Shown here: piece after piece, positions 29,514-40,159 of the stretch
Numbering within the stretch: the stretch's first letter is position 1
Layout of the letters: every line of letters begins with the position of its first letter
Assembly (NCBI GenBank): GCA_965116925.1
Contig: OZ220744.1
Coordinates: forward strand, 1,760,001 to 1,824,000
From: Candidatus Poribacteria bacterium
GTDB lineage: Bacteria > Poribacteria > WGA-4E > PCPOR2b
DNA: 64,000 nt
Reading direction: 5' to 3'
Program-made: the position numbers and the translations under genes
The notes under the pieces: model-generated
Told to the model about the DNA's origin: nothing
Database searches by the model: none
Seen by the model: the letters and a program-made list of their open reading frames with translations, nothing else

Positions 29514-30326
29514 TTATGGAAAAGCAGCATTGATAATATCCAAAAGCTCGGCTTTCTCATCGTTACCGATTCCTTCAGATAGACGAGCGGCAGCAGCAGA
29601 GAGTTCCCAGCAAGCAATCGCTTTGCGCGAAGTTGACTGTATATGTGTGTAGTGTTCTAGATAAGCTTCACAGAACAGATGACGGATCTCAGTAACTTTT
29701 TGGCGGTGTCGCTCGTTCATGCTAGGCGGTAATTCGCTGAACCTAAGAAGTAAGGTTGTACGAGCGACATCAACCAACGGGGATCCTTGAGTGGCATCTA
29801 CCCAGTCAATGATAACAGGTTCGTCGGTCGTTAGCAAGATATTCTCTGGATGGAAGTCACCGTGGCAGATGGCATTGTCGTCCGGAAGTCGATCTAAATC
29901 GTTTAAGATGGCTGCTTTAGTCTCTATAGCTAATCCAGATACGCTTTGAATTGTGCGCTGTAACCGGCATCGCTGTAAAGGCAGCTTAGATGCTGTGCGT
30001 GCGTGTATATCAACTTGCAATTCCGCGAGGAGATGTGCGTATGGGATAAGTTTCTGAGGATGAGCGTTTATAGCTTCCAGCATGGTTACGCCATGCACCC
30101 TTTCAAAGACGACACCTTGACGGTTTTCAACAATGATGGTATCAATAACGGCGGGCGTGTTCAGGCCTGCGTCATACGCGATAGAAGCGCAGGCGGCTTC
30201 TTGTTCAGCTTCCCCCGGTGAAGCACCCTCATGGTACAGTTTAAGAATTTTATCCTCATCCCATGCGAAAATTTCGGCTGTTGCTCCTTCGGCAATCGGT
30301 GGGTACTTAATCGTAGATAAGACCAT
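29514..30326 (-). CDS. APH/choline-kinase-like phosphotransferase
   Basis: CHGDFHPENI, IIDW. Confidence 0.88.
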   Translation of the reverse strand: MVLSTIKYPPIAEGATAEIFAWDEDKILKLYHEGASPGEAEQEAACASIAYDAGLNTPAVIDTIIVENRQGVVFERVHGVTMLEAINAHPQKLIPYAHLLAELQVDIHARTASKLPLQRCRLQRTIQSVSGLAIETKAAILNDLDRLPDDNAICHGDFHPENILLTTDEPVIIDWVDATQGSPLVDVARTTLLLRFSELPPSMNERHRQKVTEIRHLFCEAYLEHYTHIQSTSRKAIACWELSAAAARLSEGIGNDEKAELLDIINAAFP

Positions 30327-30365
30327 CTCTTTGTACAGTTTATACAGGGATCTCTAGATAAAGGA

Positions 30366-32384
30366 CTACTGGTATTCCAATAAGGATTTTCTTGAACGCC
30401 AGTTAAAATAACCGATAGCTGCAATGACAATAAATGCGATCAACTGTCCCCAGCCGGAATGGGTGAGGAAGAATACCGCAGCGGCAGCAAGCAATCCTGC
30501 TCTTTTCCAAAAATTAAGTGGTGAGAACCAGTAGCCTGAAACGCTTGCAGCCAATGATATAATTCCGAAGACAGCAATCAGGATACTTGCTGCGATAGCA
30601 AAAAAACCGGCGGTCCCACCATCTGGGGATAAAAGCAATAGTTCTGGCTTTAGGACGAAGGCGTAAGGCAGCGCGAATCCCACCAACGCAAATCGAAAGG
30701 CAGCGACCCCCGTCTGCATGATACCGGTGCCTGCAATAGCTGCGGCGGTGTACGCTGCCAAAGCGACCGGCGGTGTCACCATCGCCATCATGCCAAAATA
30801 AAATATGAAGAGATGAGCGGCAAGGGGAACTAATCCCAATTCGCTCAATACCGGTCCGACCAATGTCGCCATGAGCAGGTAACACACCGACGACGGTAAG
30901 CCCATACCAAGGATGATTGTCGAAATCATCAAGAGGGCAAGTGCTAAAATGCGGCTATTTTCTGCAAGCGGTAAAAGGGTTCCCGGTAGTTTCGCTCCAA
31001 TTCCTGTCAAAGTGACCACACCGAGAATTAACCCTACACACGAAGCCGCCGCAATCAGCGAAACACCTCCATGTGCTGCTTTTTCCATTGCTTCCACTAT
31101 TCGACGAATCCCGATCCAGATCTGTCTAGTGGAAATCAGGAGCGTCTGCCTAATTGGTATCCCGGTTGATGAAGCACACCTGTGGGTAACCTGTCTGAAA
31201 ATATCCCAAATCCCACGAATGCTTATCAAGATTAAGATGAAAAGCAAACTGAGACTGACCGCTCGAAACGGTGTATAACCAAGCAGCAAAAAGAGGATAA
31301 GCGTAACAAATGCTACTAAGAAAACGAACCCCTCTATCCCGGTTTTCGACTGAGGGATTTCGGCTATGCTTTCCTGGGGAACTTCGGCTGATGCACCTAC
31401 GCGTTTGGCGTGAAAGTGGACTATCAAGAGAAGCGCGGTATAGTAAAGGATCGCAGGGATTAGCGCAGCTTTGATGATTTGCAGATAGGTCACTGCTGGT
31501 TCAACAATTTCGAGCATCATATAGGCACCCGCACCCATAATCGGTGGGACCAAGGCACCCCCTGAACTTGCCGCGGCTTCGATACCTCCGGCAACTGTCG
31601 GTCTGAACCCGGAACTTCGCATCATCGGGATAGTGAAGGTCCCAGTGGTAGCGGTATTGGCGACAGCACTTCCCGAAAGCGAGCCCATCGCCCCGCTGCT
31701 GACGACGGCAACTTTGGCGGGACCTCCAACGCTCGAACGAAACAGACGCCTTGCAAGGTCAATAATATAGCCGGTGGCTCCCGTTTTCTCCAGCAATGCG
31801 CCAAACAGGACAAAGAGGAACACGTAGGTGAACATTACCTTCAAGGCAATGCCAAAGACCCCCTGACTGTGTAGGAAGGTCTGGCTGACAATCCGTTCCC
31901 ATGAATAACCTCTGTGCGGAAACAGCCAGTCGGGCATTGATTGACCGAAAGCCGCATACGCCAAGAAAGCAAGAGAGAGGATGCAAAGGGTCAAACCGAT
32001 AGCACGGCGTGTCCCTTCTAAGACAAGAAGCAGTCCCAATAATCCGATGACATAATCCGTGGTGGTTCCCATTCCCGCCCGATCTCCAAGCCGTTGACCG
32101 TCAATCCAAAACTGCTTGAATACAGGTTCTGTTTGAATGAGAATATAACCGAAGCAGACCACCACTGCAAGAGCGAAAACAAAGTCAAGTGCTTGGAAAA
32201 TGATATGTTTTTCAAACCGGCGGTGGATGGGATATTTGAGGAAAACGAGGACCAAGCCCAACATGGCGAAGATCGCTAGTTGGGCTTGGGGCGAAAGTTG
32301 GGGATAGTTGACCTCTGCCAGGATAAATACGCTGAGAAGGGCGGCACACGTCCGAAAAAGGGTTCGCCGGATATGTTGGAGCAT
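30366..32384 (-). CDS. TRAP transporter 4TM/12TM fused permease
   Basis: GGPAKVAV, SGSAVAN, EAAASSGG..PPIMG, TPPVALA. Confidence 0.92.
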   Translation of the reverse strand: MLQHIRRTLFRTCAALLSVFILAEVNYPQLSPQAQLAIFAMLGLVLVFLKYPIHRRFEKHIIFQALDFVFALAVVVCFGYILIQTEPVFKQFWIDGQRLGDRAGMGTTTDYVIGLLGLLLVLEGTRRAIGLTLCILSLAFLAYAAFGQSMPDWLFPHRGYSWERIVSQTFLHSQGVFGIALKVMFTYVFLFVLFGALLEKTGATGYIIDLARRLFRSSVGGPAKVAVVSSGAMGSLSGSAVANTATTGTFTIPMMRSSGFRPTVAGGIEAAASSGGALVPPIMGAGAYMMLEIVEPAVTYLQIIKAALIPAILYYTALLLIVHFHAKRVGASAEVPQESIAEIPQSKTGIEGFVFLVAFVTLILFLLLGYTPFRAVSLSLLFILILISIRGIWDIFRQVTHRCASSTGIPIRQTLLISTRQIWIGIRRIVEAMEKAAHGGVSLIAAASCVGLILGVVTLTGIGAKLPGTLLPLAENSRILALALLMISTIILGMGLPSSVCYLLMATLVGPVLSELGLVPLAAHLFIFYFGMMAMVTPPVALAAYTAAAIAGTGIMQTGVAAFRFALVGFALPYAFVLKPELLLLSPDGGTAGFFAIAASILIAVFGIISLAASVSGYWFSPLNFWKRAGLLAAAAVFFLTHSGWGQLIAFIVIAAIGYFNWRSRKSLLEYQ

Positions 32385-32417
32385 AATGGTGGAAGTTGGA
32401 ACGGATGTTGTGGTCCG

Positions 32418-33155
32418 CTAGAGGGTACGAATCCAAATGTTACGGTATCGGACAGGATCGCCGTGGTCTTGGAGCATTATCGGTCCTTGAGCGGGATGCG
32501 GCTCGTCATAGGAGGGAGCCCGTCTGTGACCTGTTGGGCCCATGGCTGCTCGGTGGTTCTGTACCAATACGCCGTTGTGGACAACAGTGATGTACGCCGG
32601 GCTGATCAGTTTCTGTCCCCCAAAGCGCGGTGCTGTGAAGAAGATGTCGTATGTCTGCCATTCGCCGGGTTTGCGGCAGGCGTTGACCAGTGGTGGATAC
32701 TGACCATAGATTGCTGCGGTGATTCCATCTGCATAGGTCGGATTGTCGTAACCATCAAGCACTTGAATCTCGTAGTTGCCCATCAGAAACACGCCGCTAT
32801 TGCCCCGTCCCTGACTATCTCCTTTTACCTCTACCGGTGCAGCCCATTCGATGTGTAGTTGGCAGTCACCGAAGTGCGCTTGGGTCTCGATGTTGCCGGT
32901 GCGGGTGACTTCCATGTAACCGTTTTCGACCTTCCACTCGGCATCTCCATCACGTCCCGTCCATTTTGATAGATCAGTACCATCAAAGAGAACGATTGCA
33001 TCTGACGGCGGTTCATCCGCCGAGCTTTCGGCCCCAGGGGTAATGATTCGTGGTTGAGGTCGGGTCCCATCATGCACCCGCCACTTTGAACCGGGTATGA
33101 ATGGTGTGTCGTCATAGCCGATGGGAGCTTTATTTGCCGGTGATTGTTGTGCCAT
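32418..33155 (-). CDS. DUF1080 (3-keto-glycoside hydrolase-like) protein
   Basis: LFDG, GNSGVF, YEIQVLD, GEWQTYDI, LQDHG..VRYRNIW. Confidence 0.9.
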   Translation of the reverse strand: MAQQSPANKAPIGYDDTPFIPGSKWRVHDGTRPQPRIITPGAESSADEPPSDAIVLFDGTDLSKWTGRDGDAEWKVENGYMEVTRTGNIETQAHFGDCQLHIEWAAPVEVKGDSQGRGNSGVFLMGNYEIQVLDGYDNPTYADGITAAIYGQYPPLVNACRKPGEWQTYDIFFTAPRFGGQKLISPAYITVVHNGVLVQNHRAAMGPTGHRRAPSYDEPHPAQGPIMLQDHGDPVRYRNIWIRTL

Positions 33156-33443
33156 AGTTGAATCTCCTTGTATGATATGTATAATGCAAGTCGCGATTTA
33201 GAAGGTACGCTTTCAATTTGAACCATCACCTTACTTTACTTTTTTATTGAAACGTATAACTCATTATATCTGAAATCAATATATTTCGCAAGCGTTCTAT
33301 CGTGTAAGTAGAAATCTCCAATTGACGGGAATTTTCGCGAGGAATCTTTGTTCTGTCAACTTTTGCCTTGTTATTACAGTCATCGTGTGATAAGATGAGA
33401 AAACTATACCTAGCAAAAAATCCAGCCAATTGAGGGTTCAATC

Positions 33444-34118
33444 ATGGCAAAACGCAATGGGTTTTCGGAATTGGCAAGATTGCTGGTTCGTTACCCCTCC
33501 CAAGGGCAGAGAGAAAAGCTGAAACAGCTGTTACTACAGAATTATACGCAAGAAGATCTCGTCGGCTACTTAACGCATGAAGTCGCTCCAACACGGCAGG
33601 CAGCAGCTTACGCGCTCGGTATAATTGGCGACACGGCAGCAATCCCTCCTTTGGTGAAAGCACTTCAGCATAGCGATCCGGATATGCGATCCAATGCAGA
33701 GCAGGCGTTGTGGGCTATTTGGTTCCGTTCTGGCGATCCATCTGTCGATGATATGCTTCAAAAAGGTGCCGAATATATCAAGCAAGAACAGTATGCAGAA
33801 GCAGTTGATCTTTTAACGGAAGTCACTCAAGTAGCCCCCCAATTCGCCGAAGGATATAACCAAAGGGCGATCGCATATTTTATGTTGGAAGAGTGGGAAC
33901 AGTCTATTGATGATTGCAAGAAGGTGATTACGCTCAATCCGGTACATTTCGGTGCGCTTGCCGGAATGGGACAATGCTATCTACGGCTTGGAAATCTCCG
34001 CGAAGCACTAAAGGCATTTCAGCGGACGCTAGAAATTCATCCAGGGCTTTATGGTGTCGCACACACGGTTTTACAAATTCAGGATGCATTGCAAGAGCAA
34101 ATTAGACAGAGGCGTTAG
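33444..34118 (+). CDS. HEAT repeat plus TPR protein
   Basis: RQAAAYALG HEAT unit; FAEGYNQRA and HFGALAGMG TPR units. Confidence 0.85.
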   Translation: MAKRNGFSELARLLVRYPSQGQREKLKQLLLQNYTQEDLVGYLTHEVAPTRQAAAYALGIIGDTAAIPPLVKALQHSDPDMRSNAEQALWAIWFRSGDPSVDDMLQKGAEYIKQEQYAEAVDLLTEVTQVAPQFAEGYNQRAIAYFMLEEWEQSIDDCKKVITLNPVHFGALAGMGQCYLRLGNLREALKAFQRTLEIHPGLYGVAHTVLQIQDALQEQIRQRR

Positions 34119-34126
34119 GGAGTGTG

Positions 34127-34921
34127 ATGCACCATATACGCCGCTTTGAAAATCTAATCCTCAGTCAAGTTATACACCAGCAATGGAAATTCGGCAAGAT
34201 CTGTTTTGCCCTGATTGTACAGAGCCTCCTATTGCTGGTTATCTGTCAACTCCTGTTTCTCGCAAAGCTAGGGCGGCACACAGATCTCATCTTTCTGTCA
34301 GAAACGCTGCTCGTCCTGATTGTCTCGCCATATTTGGCATGTAGGGGGCTCAACAGACATTTTGCACCTCTCCTATCAAGGGGGCTTTTCCAATTGAGTC
34401 GAATGCGCCCCCGATGGATCTGGTTGAGCATTATAGTGGGGAGTCAGATTTGCACCTTTTGCTTCCTTAGCCTCGCATCAATTGTCTTTACAATTCTGAT
34501 ACCATCAATCAGCAACATCACCCACCTTCGCGTGATTCAATTGCAACTGGTTTTTGGACTTTACATCATTGTGGCTGCCTTAGTTGGCGGATTGTGGTGG
34601 CGCGTGTTTCGTCATGAAGTCTTTGCAACAGAGGTGACATATCTAGGCTGGATCCTCCTGATCGGCGGTGTGTTCCTGTTAGCACCGTTGGATCGTTATG
34701 TGGAGAATCTCGAACCGATCATCCCGCCGTTTCTACATCTCAACCCGCTAATGGCTGTGTGTCACCTACTTGAGATCGATGTGTTTAGAACACCACACTT
34801 ATACGAACTGACACCGATTCCATCATACAGAGTCGTCTATCCGTCATGGTACATTGTTTGCACTTGGCAGATACTGATTGGAATCTGTTGTGTTGTACTA
34901 GCACGGTGGAATCGTGCCTGA
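34127..34921 (+). CDS. Hypothetical polytopic membrane protein (ABC-2 permease-like)
   Basis: About 6 TM; LNP motif. Confidence 0.6.
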   Translation: MHHIRRFENLILSQVIHQQWKFGKICFALIVQSLLLLVICQLLFLAKLGRHTDLIFLSETLLVLIVSPYLACRGLNRHFAPLLSRGLFQLSRMRPRWIWLSIIVGSQICTFCFLSLASIVFTILIPSISNITHLRVIQLQLVFGLYIIVAALVGGLWWRVFRHEVFATEVTYLGWILLIGGVFLLAPLDRYVENLEPIIPPFLHLNPLMAVCHLLEIDVFRTPHLYELTPIPSYRVVYPSWYIVCTWQILIGICCVVLARWNRA

Positions 34922-34947
34922 ATTTTTGAGCAATAGGAGCTTGCAGA

Positions 34948-36339
34948 TTGAATGAATCGAAATCTTATGAAGATCTCATTATCAGTGCATCCGGTGTTAG
35001 AGGAACAGTCGGTAGTGCATTGGATCCGAGCCAATTAACTCGGTTTGCAGTCGCATTTGGGACGTTAGTTGAGGGGCAACCTGTCGTGGTCGGGAAAGAT
35101 ACACGGACATCGGGTCCAATGGCGCATCATGCTATCCTCGCGGGACTCATCGCGACCGGCTGCAAGGTGATTGACGTGGGGGTATGTCCAACACCAACTG
35201 TTTTACTTGTGTCGAAGAAATTGAGTGCCGGTGGTAGTCTCGTGATTACAGCGAGCCACAACCCAATTGATTGGAATGGCATCGAATTTGCATCTGAATC
35301 TGGTCGCCTGCTGAGTGAGTCAGAACGCACACGTCTGATGGAGATTTACGAGTCTGGAGACTTTCAGCTAGCAACTTGGGACAAACAGGGCAGCGTTAAG
35401 GTAATTGATACTGCTATCGATCAACATATTGCTAGCGTACTCAACTGTGATTGGGTTGTACACGGTCAAACGCAGTCTCACGCGCTAAAGGTTGTCATCG
35501 ACTGCGGCAACGGCGCGGGAAGCGTGATTAGCCCCCACTTGTTGAGAGCGTTGGGGTGTGAGGTGGTCGAACTGAACTGTGTTCCTGATGGTTATTTTCC
35601 TCGCCCGGCTGAACCGACGCCAGATGCGTTAGATCAACTCTGTGAAACCGTGAAATCGGAAGGTGCGAATCTCGGTTTCGCACACGACGGTGATGCAGAC
35701 CGACTGGTACTTGTCTCGGAGGAAGGCACACCGTTGAGCAGCGAATACACCTTCGCCCTTGCAGCGGATTTTCTGCTGAATAGGCGCAAAGGGGATATCG
35801 TTGCCACAGTATCAACTAGCCGTATGTTAGATGATGTGGCGGATCGGCACGGCGTCCAACTGCACCGGACGCCAGTGGGTGTCGGATTCGTCGTTGAGAA
35901 AATGCGAGAAATAGGTGCCATCATCGGCGGTGAAGGAACGGGCGGCGTGATTTATCCGGAACTCCAATACACGACTGACGGGATTGCCTCGATAGCTGCA
36001 ATTGTCCAACTTCTCTCTGAATCAAGCGCATCGACGATTTCAGAGGTTATCGCCTCAATCCCAAGTTATGCGATATGTAAGGAGAAATTGGAAGTGCCCT
36101 CCCAGCAAATCGCGGATGCGGTGCTTCAACTTGCGATTGAAACCTATACAGATGAGACACTTGATCTGGCTGATGGGATAAAACGGGTTTGGGAGGACCG
36201 ATGGGTCAATATTCGGAAGTCCGGCACAGAGCCGGTCATTCGCGTTTTTAGCGAAGCGCACACCCTTAAAGAGGCACAGGAACTGTGCAATTCAACGCTT
36301 GACACACTGAAATCTTTGATACAACAAGTCTCCAAGTAA
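34948..36339 (+). CDS. glmM: Phosphoglucosamine mutase / alpha-D-phosphohexomutase
   Basis: TASHNP, DGDADR, RKSGTEP; lies next to glmS. Confidence 0.8.
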   Translation: MNESKSYEDLIISASGVRGTVGSALDPSQLTRFAVAFGTLVEGQPVVVGKDTRTSGPMAHHAILAGLIATGCKVIDVGVCPTPTVLLVSKKLSAGGSLVITASHNPIDWNGIEFASESGRLLSESERTRLMEIYESGDFQLATWDKQGSVKVIDTAIDQHIASVLNCDWVVHGQTQSHALKVVIDCGNGAGSVISPHLLRALGCEVVELNCVPDGYFPRPAEPTPDALDQLCETVKSEGANLGFAHDGDADRLVLVSEEGTPLSSEYTFALAADFLLNRRKGDIVATVSTSRMLDDVADRHGVQLHRTPVGVGFVVEKMREIGAIIGGEGTGGVIYPELQYTTDGIASIAAIVQLLSESSASTISEVIASIPSYAICKEKLEVPSQQIADAVLQLAIETYTDETLDLADGIKRVWEDRWVNIRKSGTEPVIRVFSEAHTLKEAQELCNSTLDTLKSLIQQVSK

Positions 36340-36461
36340 TCGCCAAACTCTGTTTCTGATCGTGAGGAGTTTCACGCACCACAATTTTTCTTGAAACGCA
36401 AACGTCCTCGCAGCGTCAACTTTAATAGATTATTGTTGTGCTGTATTGATGGAGGTTTATC

Positions 36462-37715
36462 ATGGTAGATGCACTAAAACTAGTCTGTATAGGTGGCGGC
36501 ACAGGCTTATCATCCCTACTGAGCGGTATTAAACAACACACGAGCCACAGACGCTTAGGTTCAGAGATTATTGATATAGATAATCTGGCGGCGATCGTTT
36601 CCGTATCTGACGACGGTGGCAGTTCTGGACGGTTGGTCGAAGAGTTCGATGTGATTCCACCGGGTGACATTCGCCAACTACTAGTCGCCCTCTCTAACGA
36701 CGATGGGTTACTAGCCAAGCTCTTTGGATATCGCTTTTCAAGTGATGGCGATCTCGGTGGACATACGGTTGGAAATCTCCTTCTCATTGCACTCACCGAA
36801 TTAAATAACGGCAGCTTTCCAAAAGCTATCCAAGAGGCGTCCAAATTGCTGTCCACGCGGGGCAGGATCATACCAGTTAGCCTAGACGGCACCACCCTAT
36901 GCGCTCAACTAGTCGGTGGTGATATTGTGTGCGGTGAGTCCAACATCCCAGAACGATCCAATCGAGAACCCATTCAACGCGTCTTTCTGAAACCGCGTGA
37001 GAATGGCAAACAGCATCACGACGAACCTTATGAATGTGCTGCACATACGGAGGCTGTGGAGGCCATCGCTAATGCAGACGCTATCATCATCGGACCCGGA
37101 AGTTTATACACCAGCATTATGCCTAACCTTGTAATCAACGAAATCGCTGAAACGATCCAGTCGTCAGATGCGATGAAAATCTATATCTGCAACGTGATGT
37201 CGCAGCCCGGTGAAACGGATGGATACTCTGTGACCGACCACGTCGAAGCGATCTTCGCTCACGCCCCCGGAATATCATTAGATTATGTCATCGTTAACAA
37301 TCAGCCGGCACCGGAAAAAATCATCGAACGGTATAGACAGAAAGAGCTATCAGGTAAGTTTGCACAGATGAAAATGCTTATGGAGGACGTGCTCTCGATG
37401 CTTGAAACGAAACAGGTGGAAGATTTCGCCGAGGGAAAAACCGTGGATTCCGTGTTATATCAAGCAGAGCATATCTCTCAGCTTACCAATGAAATCAAGC
37501 AGATGGCAGGTCCTACTAATGTGCAAATCTTCTATAATCCGGGACGGGATCATCTCGGCGATATGCGGATTGTAGAGGCGGAACTCATTCGGGAAGCTAA
37601 GCTCATTGATAGCGGAGAACCTCAACCCGTGATCCGTCACCACCCCGAAAAGCTCGCACAAACGTTAGTCAAGGTATTGAGCGATCATCCAAAGTTTCAT
37701 GAACCGATCTCGTAA
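36462..37715 (+). CDS. yvcK: YvcK/GlmR family protein with C-terminal insertion
   Basis: GGGTGL, DDGGSSG, PPGDIR, GPGSLYTS, QPGET, RH.P.KLA. Confidence 0.9.
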   Translation: MVDALKLVCIGGGTGLSSLLSGIKQHTSHRRLGSEIIDIDNLAAIVSVSDDGGSSGRLVEEFDVIPPGDIRQLLVALSNDDGLLAKLFGYRFSSDGDLGGHTVGNLLLIALTELNNGSFPKAIQEASKLLSTRGRIIPVSLDGTTLCAQLVGGDIVCGESNIPERSNREPIQRVFLKPRENGKQHHDEPYECAAHTEAVEAIANADAIIIGPGSLYTSIMPNLVINEIAETIQSSDAMKIYICNVMSQPGETDGYSVTDHVEAIFAHAPGISLDYVIVNNQPAPEKIIERYRQKELSGKFAQMKMLMEDVLSMLETKQVEDFAEGKTVDSVLYQAEHISQLTNEIKQMAGPTNVQIFYNPGRDHLGDMRIVEAELIREAKLIDSGEPQPVIRHHPEKLAQTLVKVLSDHPKFHEPIS

Positions 37716-37788
37716 TAGAGAAACACCTAGTTTTCATTCCTTCCCCAACCAAACATACCCTTGATAGAAAATTGAGAAAGGAAAAGCT

Positions 37789-39612
37789 ATGTGTGGAATT
37801 GTCGGATACATCGGAGATAAATATGCTGACTCTGTCTTGTGGACAGGATTGGAGAGACTTCAGTACCGGGGATATGACTCAGCGGGTATGGCTGTCATCA
37901 GTGATGGGGAACTAGATCTGCGGAAGCGGGCGGGCAAATTACGTGAATTGGACGAATGCCTCCGTCAGAATCCGATGCGGGGCGCGATCGGTATCGGTCA
38001 TACCCGATGGGCAACACACGGGGAGCCGAACGAACGCAATGCCCATCCACACACCGACGAGGGCAAGACCGTGGCAGTTGTGCATAACGGAATCATTGAA
38101 AACTATCTCCCACTCAAGCGGGAGCTGCAGGCGCGAGGACACCTGTTTGAATCCGATACCGATACAGAAGTGCTAGCACACCTTGTTGAGGAAGCCATGG
38201 AGACGGATTTTCTTGATGCTGTCTGTCGTGCACTCCAGCGGGTCGAAGGCACATTCTCCGCTGCTTTTATTCATCAACAATTTCCGGATTGCATCGTGGT
38301 TGCACGACGTGGCAGCCCACTCATTTTAGGGCTTGGGGAAGGAGAGAACTTCGTCGCTTCGGATGTGCCGGCATTGCTGCCGCACACTCAACGGATGGTC
38401 TATCTGGAGGATGATCAGATTGCGGTGCTTACACGGAAACAGGTTGAGGTTCAAACCATGGCGGGAGAGCGGGTGGAACCCCGCATCCATCAAATCGACT
38501 TGAGTCCTGACGTTGCCGATAAGGGTGACCATCCACACTTCATGCTCAAGGAGATCCACGAACAGCCTAATGTCTTACGGCGTTTGCACAATATCTATGT
38601 CACCGACGAAATGGAGGTCGATTTCGGCGAATTGGGATTGAGCGATGCGTTTTTCGCCCGTGTGAATCGGATCGTCATCCAAGCGTGTGGCACATCGTGG
38701 CACGCTGGACTGATCGGCAAATATCTGCTAGAGCAGTATGCGTACATCCACACCGAAGTGGACATCTCCTCCGAGTTTCGTTACCGCAACCCAGTTCTGG
38801 AGGGAGATACGCTAGTCATCGCTATTTCTCAATCCGGTGAGACCGCTGATACGCTTGAAGGCCTACGCAAAGCAAAGAGCAAGTTCATGCGTGTGTTAGC
38901 CTTATGCAACGAGATCAATAGCACCATCGCACGGGAGGCGGATGCGGTTATCGAACTTCACGCCGGACTGGAGATTGGTGTCGCTTCCACCAAAGCGTAT
39001 ACCGCCCAAATTGCAGTGCTTGGGTTACTCGCTATGCACCTCGGCAAGCTAAAGGGGATATTAACCCCTGAAGATATACAGGAATTTCTCCAGAACCTTA
39101 AAAAGGCACCGTCCCTCATGGAACGAGCCCTCCAGCAGGGACAGATTTGTGCCTGTGCGGAAAAATACAGTGATGTAGGCGCGTTCATGTTTATCGGACG
39201 CAGCTACAACTATCCCAACGCCCTAGAAGGTGCGCTCAAACTCAAGGAAATCGCATATATTCATGCAGCAGGGCATCCCGCAGGCGAATTAAAGCACGGA
39301 CCTATCGCTCTGATTAACGAAGAAGTGCCGGTGGTGTGTATTGCTACTAATAGCAGCATCTACCCCAAAATTGTGAGCGCAATCCAAGAGATCCGAGCGC
39401 GTGACGGAGTTGTCATCGCTATTGCGACTGAGGGGAATACAGAGATCCAAGAATATGCACAGGAGGTGCTTTACATCCCGGACATTGCTGAGGAGCTTTC
39501 CCCACTACTTGCTGCGATCCCGCTCCAACTGCTTGCATACTATACCGCAGTGCATCGAGGTTGCGATGTTGACCAACCCCGCAACCTCGCAAAAAGTGTC
39601 ACCGTTGAGTAG
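37789..39612 (+). CDS. glmS: Glutamine-fructose-6-phosphate aminotransferase
   Basis: MCGIVG, GHTRWATHG, SQSGETADT, PRNLAKSVTVE. Confidence 0.98.
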   Translation: MCGIVGYIGDKYADSVLWTGLERLQYRGYDSAGMAVISDGELDLRKRAGKLRELDECLRQNPMRGAIGIGHTRWATHGEPNERNAHPHTDEGKTVAVVHNGIIENYLPLKRELQARGHLFESDTDTEVLAHLVEEAMETDFLDAVCRALQRVEGTFSAAFIHQQFPDCIVVARRGSPLILGLGEGENFVASDVPALLPHTQRMVYLEDDQIAVLTRKQVEVQTMAGERVEPRIHQIDLSPDVADKGDHPHFMLKEIHEQPNVLRRLHNIYVTDEMEVDFGELGLSDAFFARVNRIVIQACGTSWHAGLIGKYLLEQYAYIHTEVDISSEFRYRNPVLEGDTLVIAISQSGETADTLEGLRKAKSKFMRVLALCNEINSTIAREADAVIELHAGLEIGVASTKAYTAQIAVLGLLAMHLGKLKGILTPEDIQEFLQNLKKAPSLMERALQQGQICACAEKYSDVGAFMFIGRSYNYPNALEGALKLKEIAYIHAAGHPAGELKHGPIALINEEVPVVCIATNSSIYPKIVSAIQEIRARDGVVIAIATEGNTEIQEYAQEVLYIPDIAEELSPLLAAIPLQLLAYYTAVHRGCDVDQPRNLAKSVTVE

Positions 39613-39644
39613 ATGAATTACAGATGCTAGGAATCGGGGCAACT

Positions 39645-40043
39645 TTAACGAAGGGAATTCCACGGTGCTTCATCGGCAACATCAACCAACTGATAACCTT
39701 CATCACTAACACATGGGCCCAAGATAGCCAGCAGCTTCGCAGAAGCGGACGAGGTGTTGAACGAAGCGTGTACTACGTCAGCGGGAATGAATATCGAATC
39801 ACCTGAACTCAGCATCTGTTTTTCGTCGCGCAGCCACTGCTCTACAGTCCCCTCAATAACGTAAATAACCTCTTCCTGTTCCGGATGCTTGTGGAAGTTG
39901 TGTCCACCACCGGGCGATAGGCTCACCTCGATGACCACCAGATCCTTTGCACCTGTTGTTTCGGGACGACTCAACCACGCCAAGGCACCCCAATCGAGTT
40001 GTTCACGTTCTGCTTCTGCTGCAGGGATAAATTTTCCACTCAT
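39645..40043 (-). CDS. Cupin domain protein
   Basis: HKHP.QEE and GDSIFIP..VVH. Confidence 0.88.
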   Translation of the reverse strand: MSGKFIPAAEAEREQLDWGALAWLSRPETTGAKDLVVIEVSLSPGGGHNFHKHPEQEEVIYVIEGTVEQWLRDEKQMLSSGDSIFIPADVVHASFNTSSASAKLLAILGPCVSDEGYQLVDVADEAPWNSLR

Positions 40044-40159
40044 GATTAATTCTCCTTCAAAATTATGTTTACGTATTGCGGATTACGTATTATCCTAATT
40101 ATAGCGTTCTTACCGTATCTGTGTCTATAGTTTAATTGCGAAAAGAAAGGAAGATTGAC

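Noticed and set aside
37716..37788. glmS ribozyme
   Set aside because: Only 73 bp of intergenic DNA and no recognisable core
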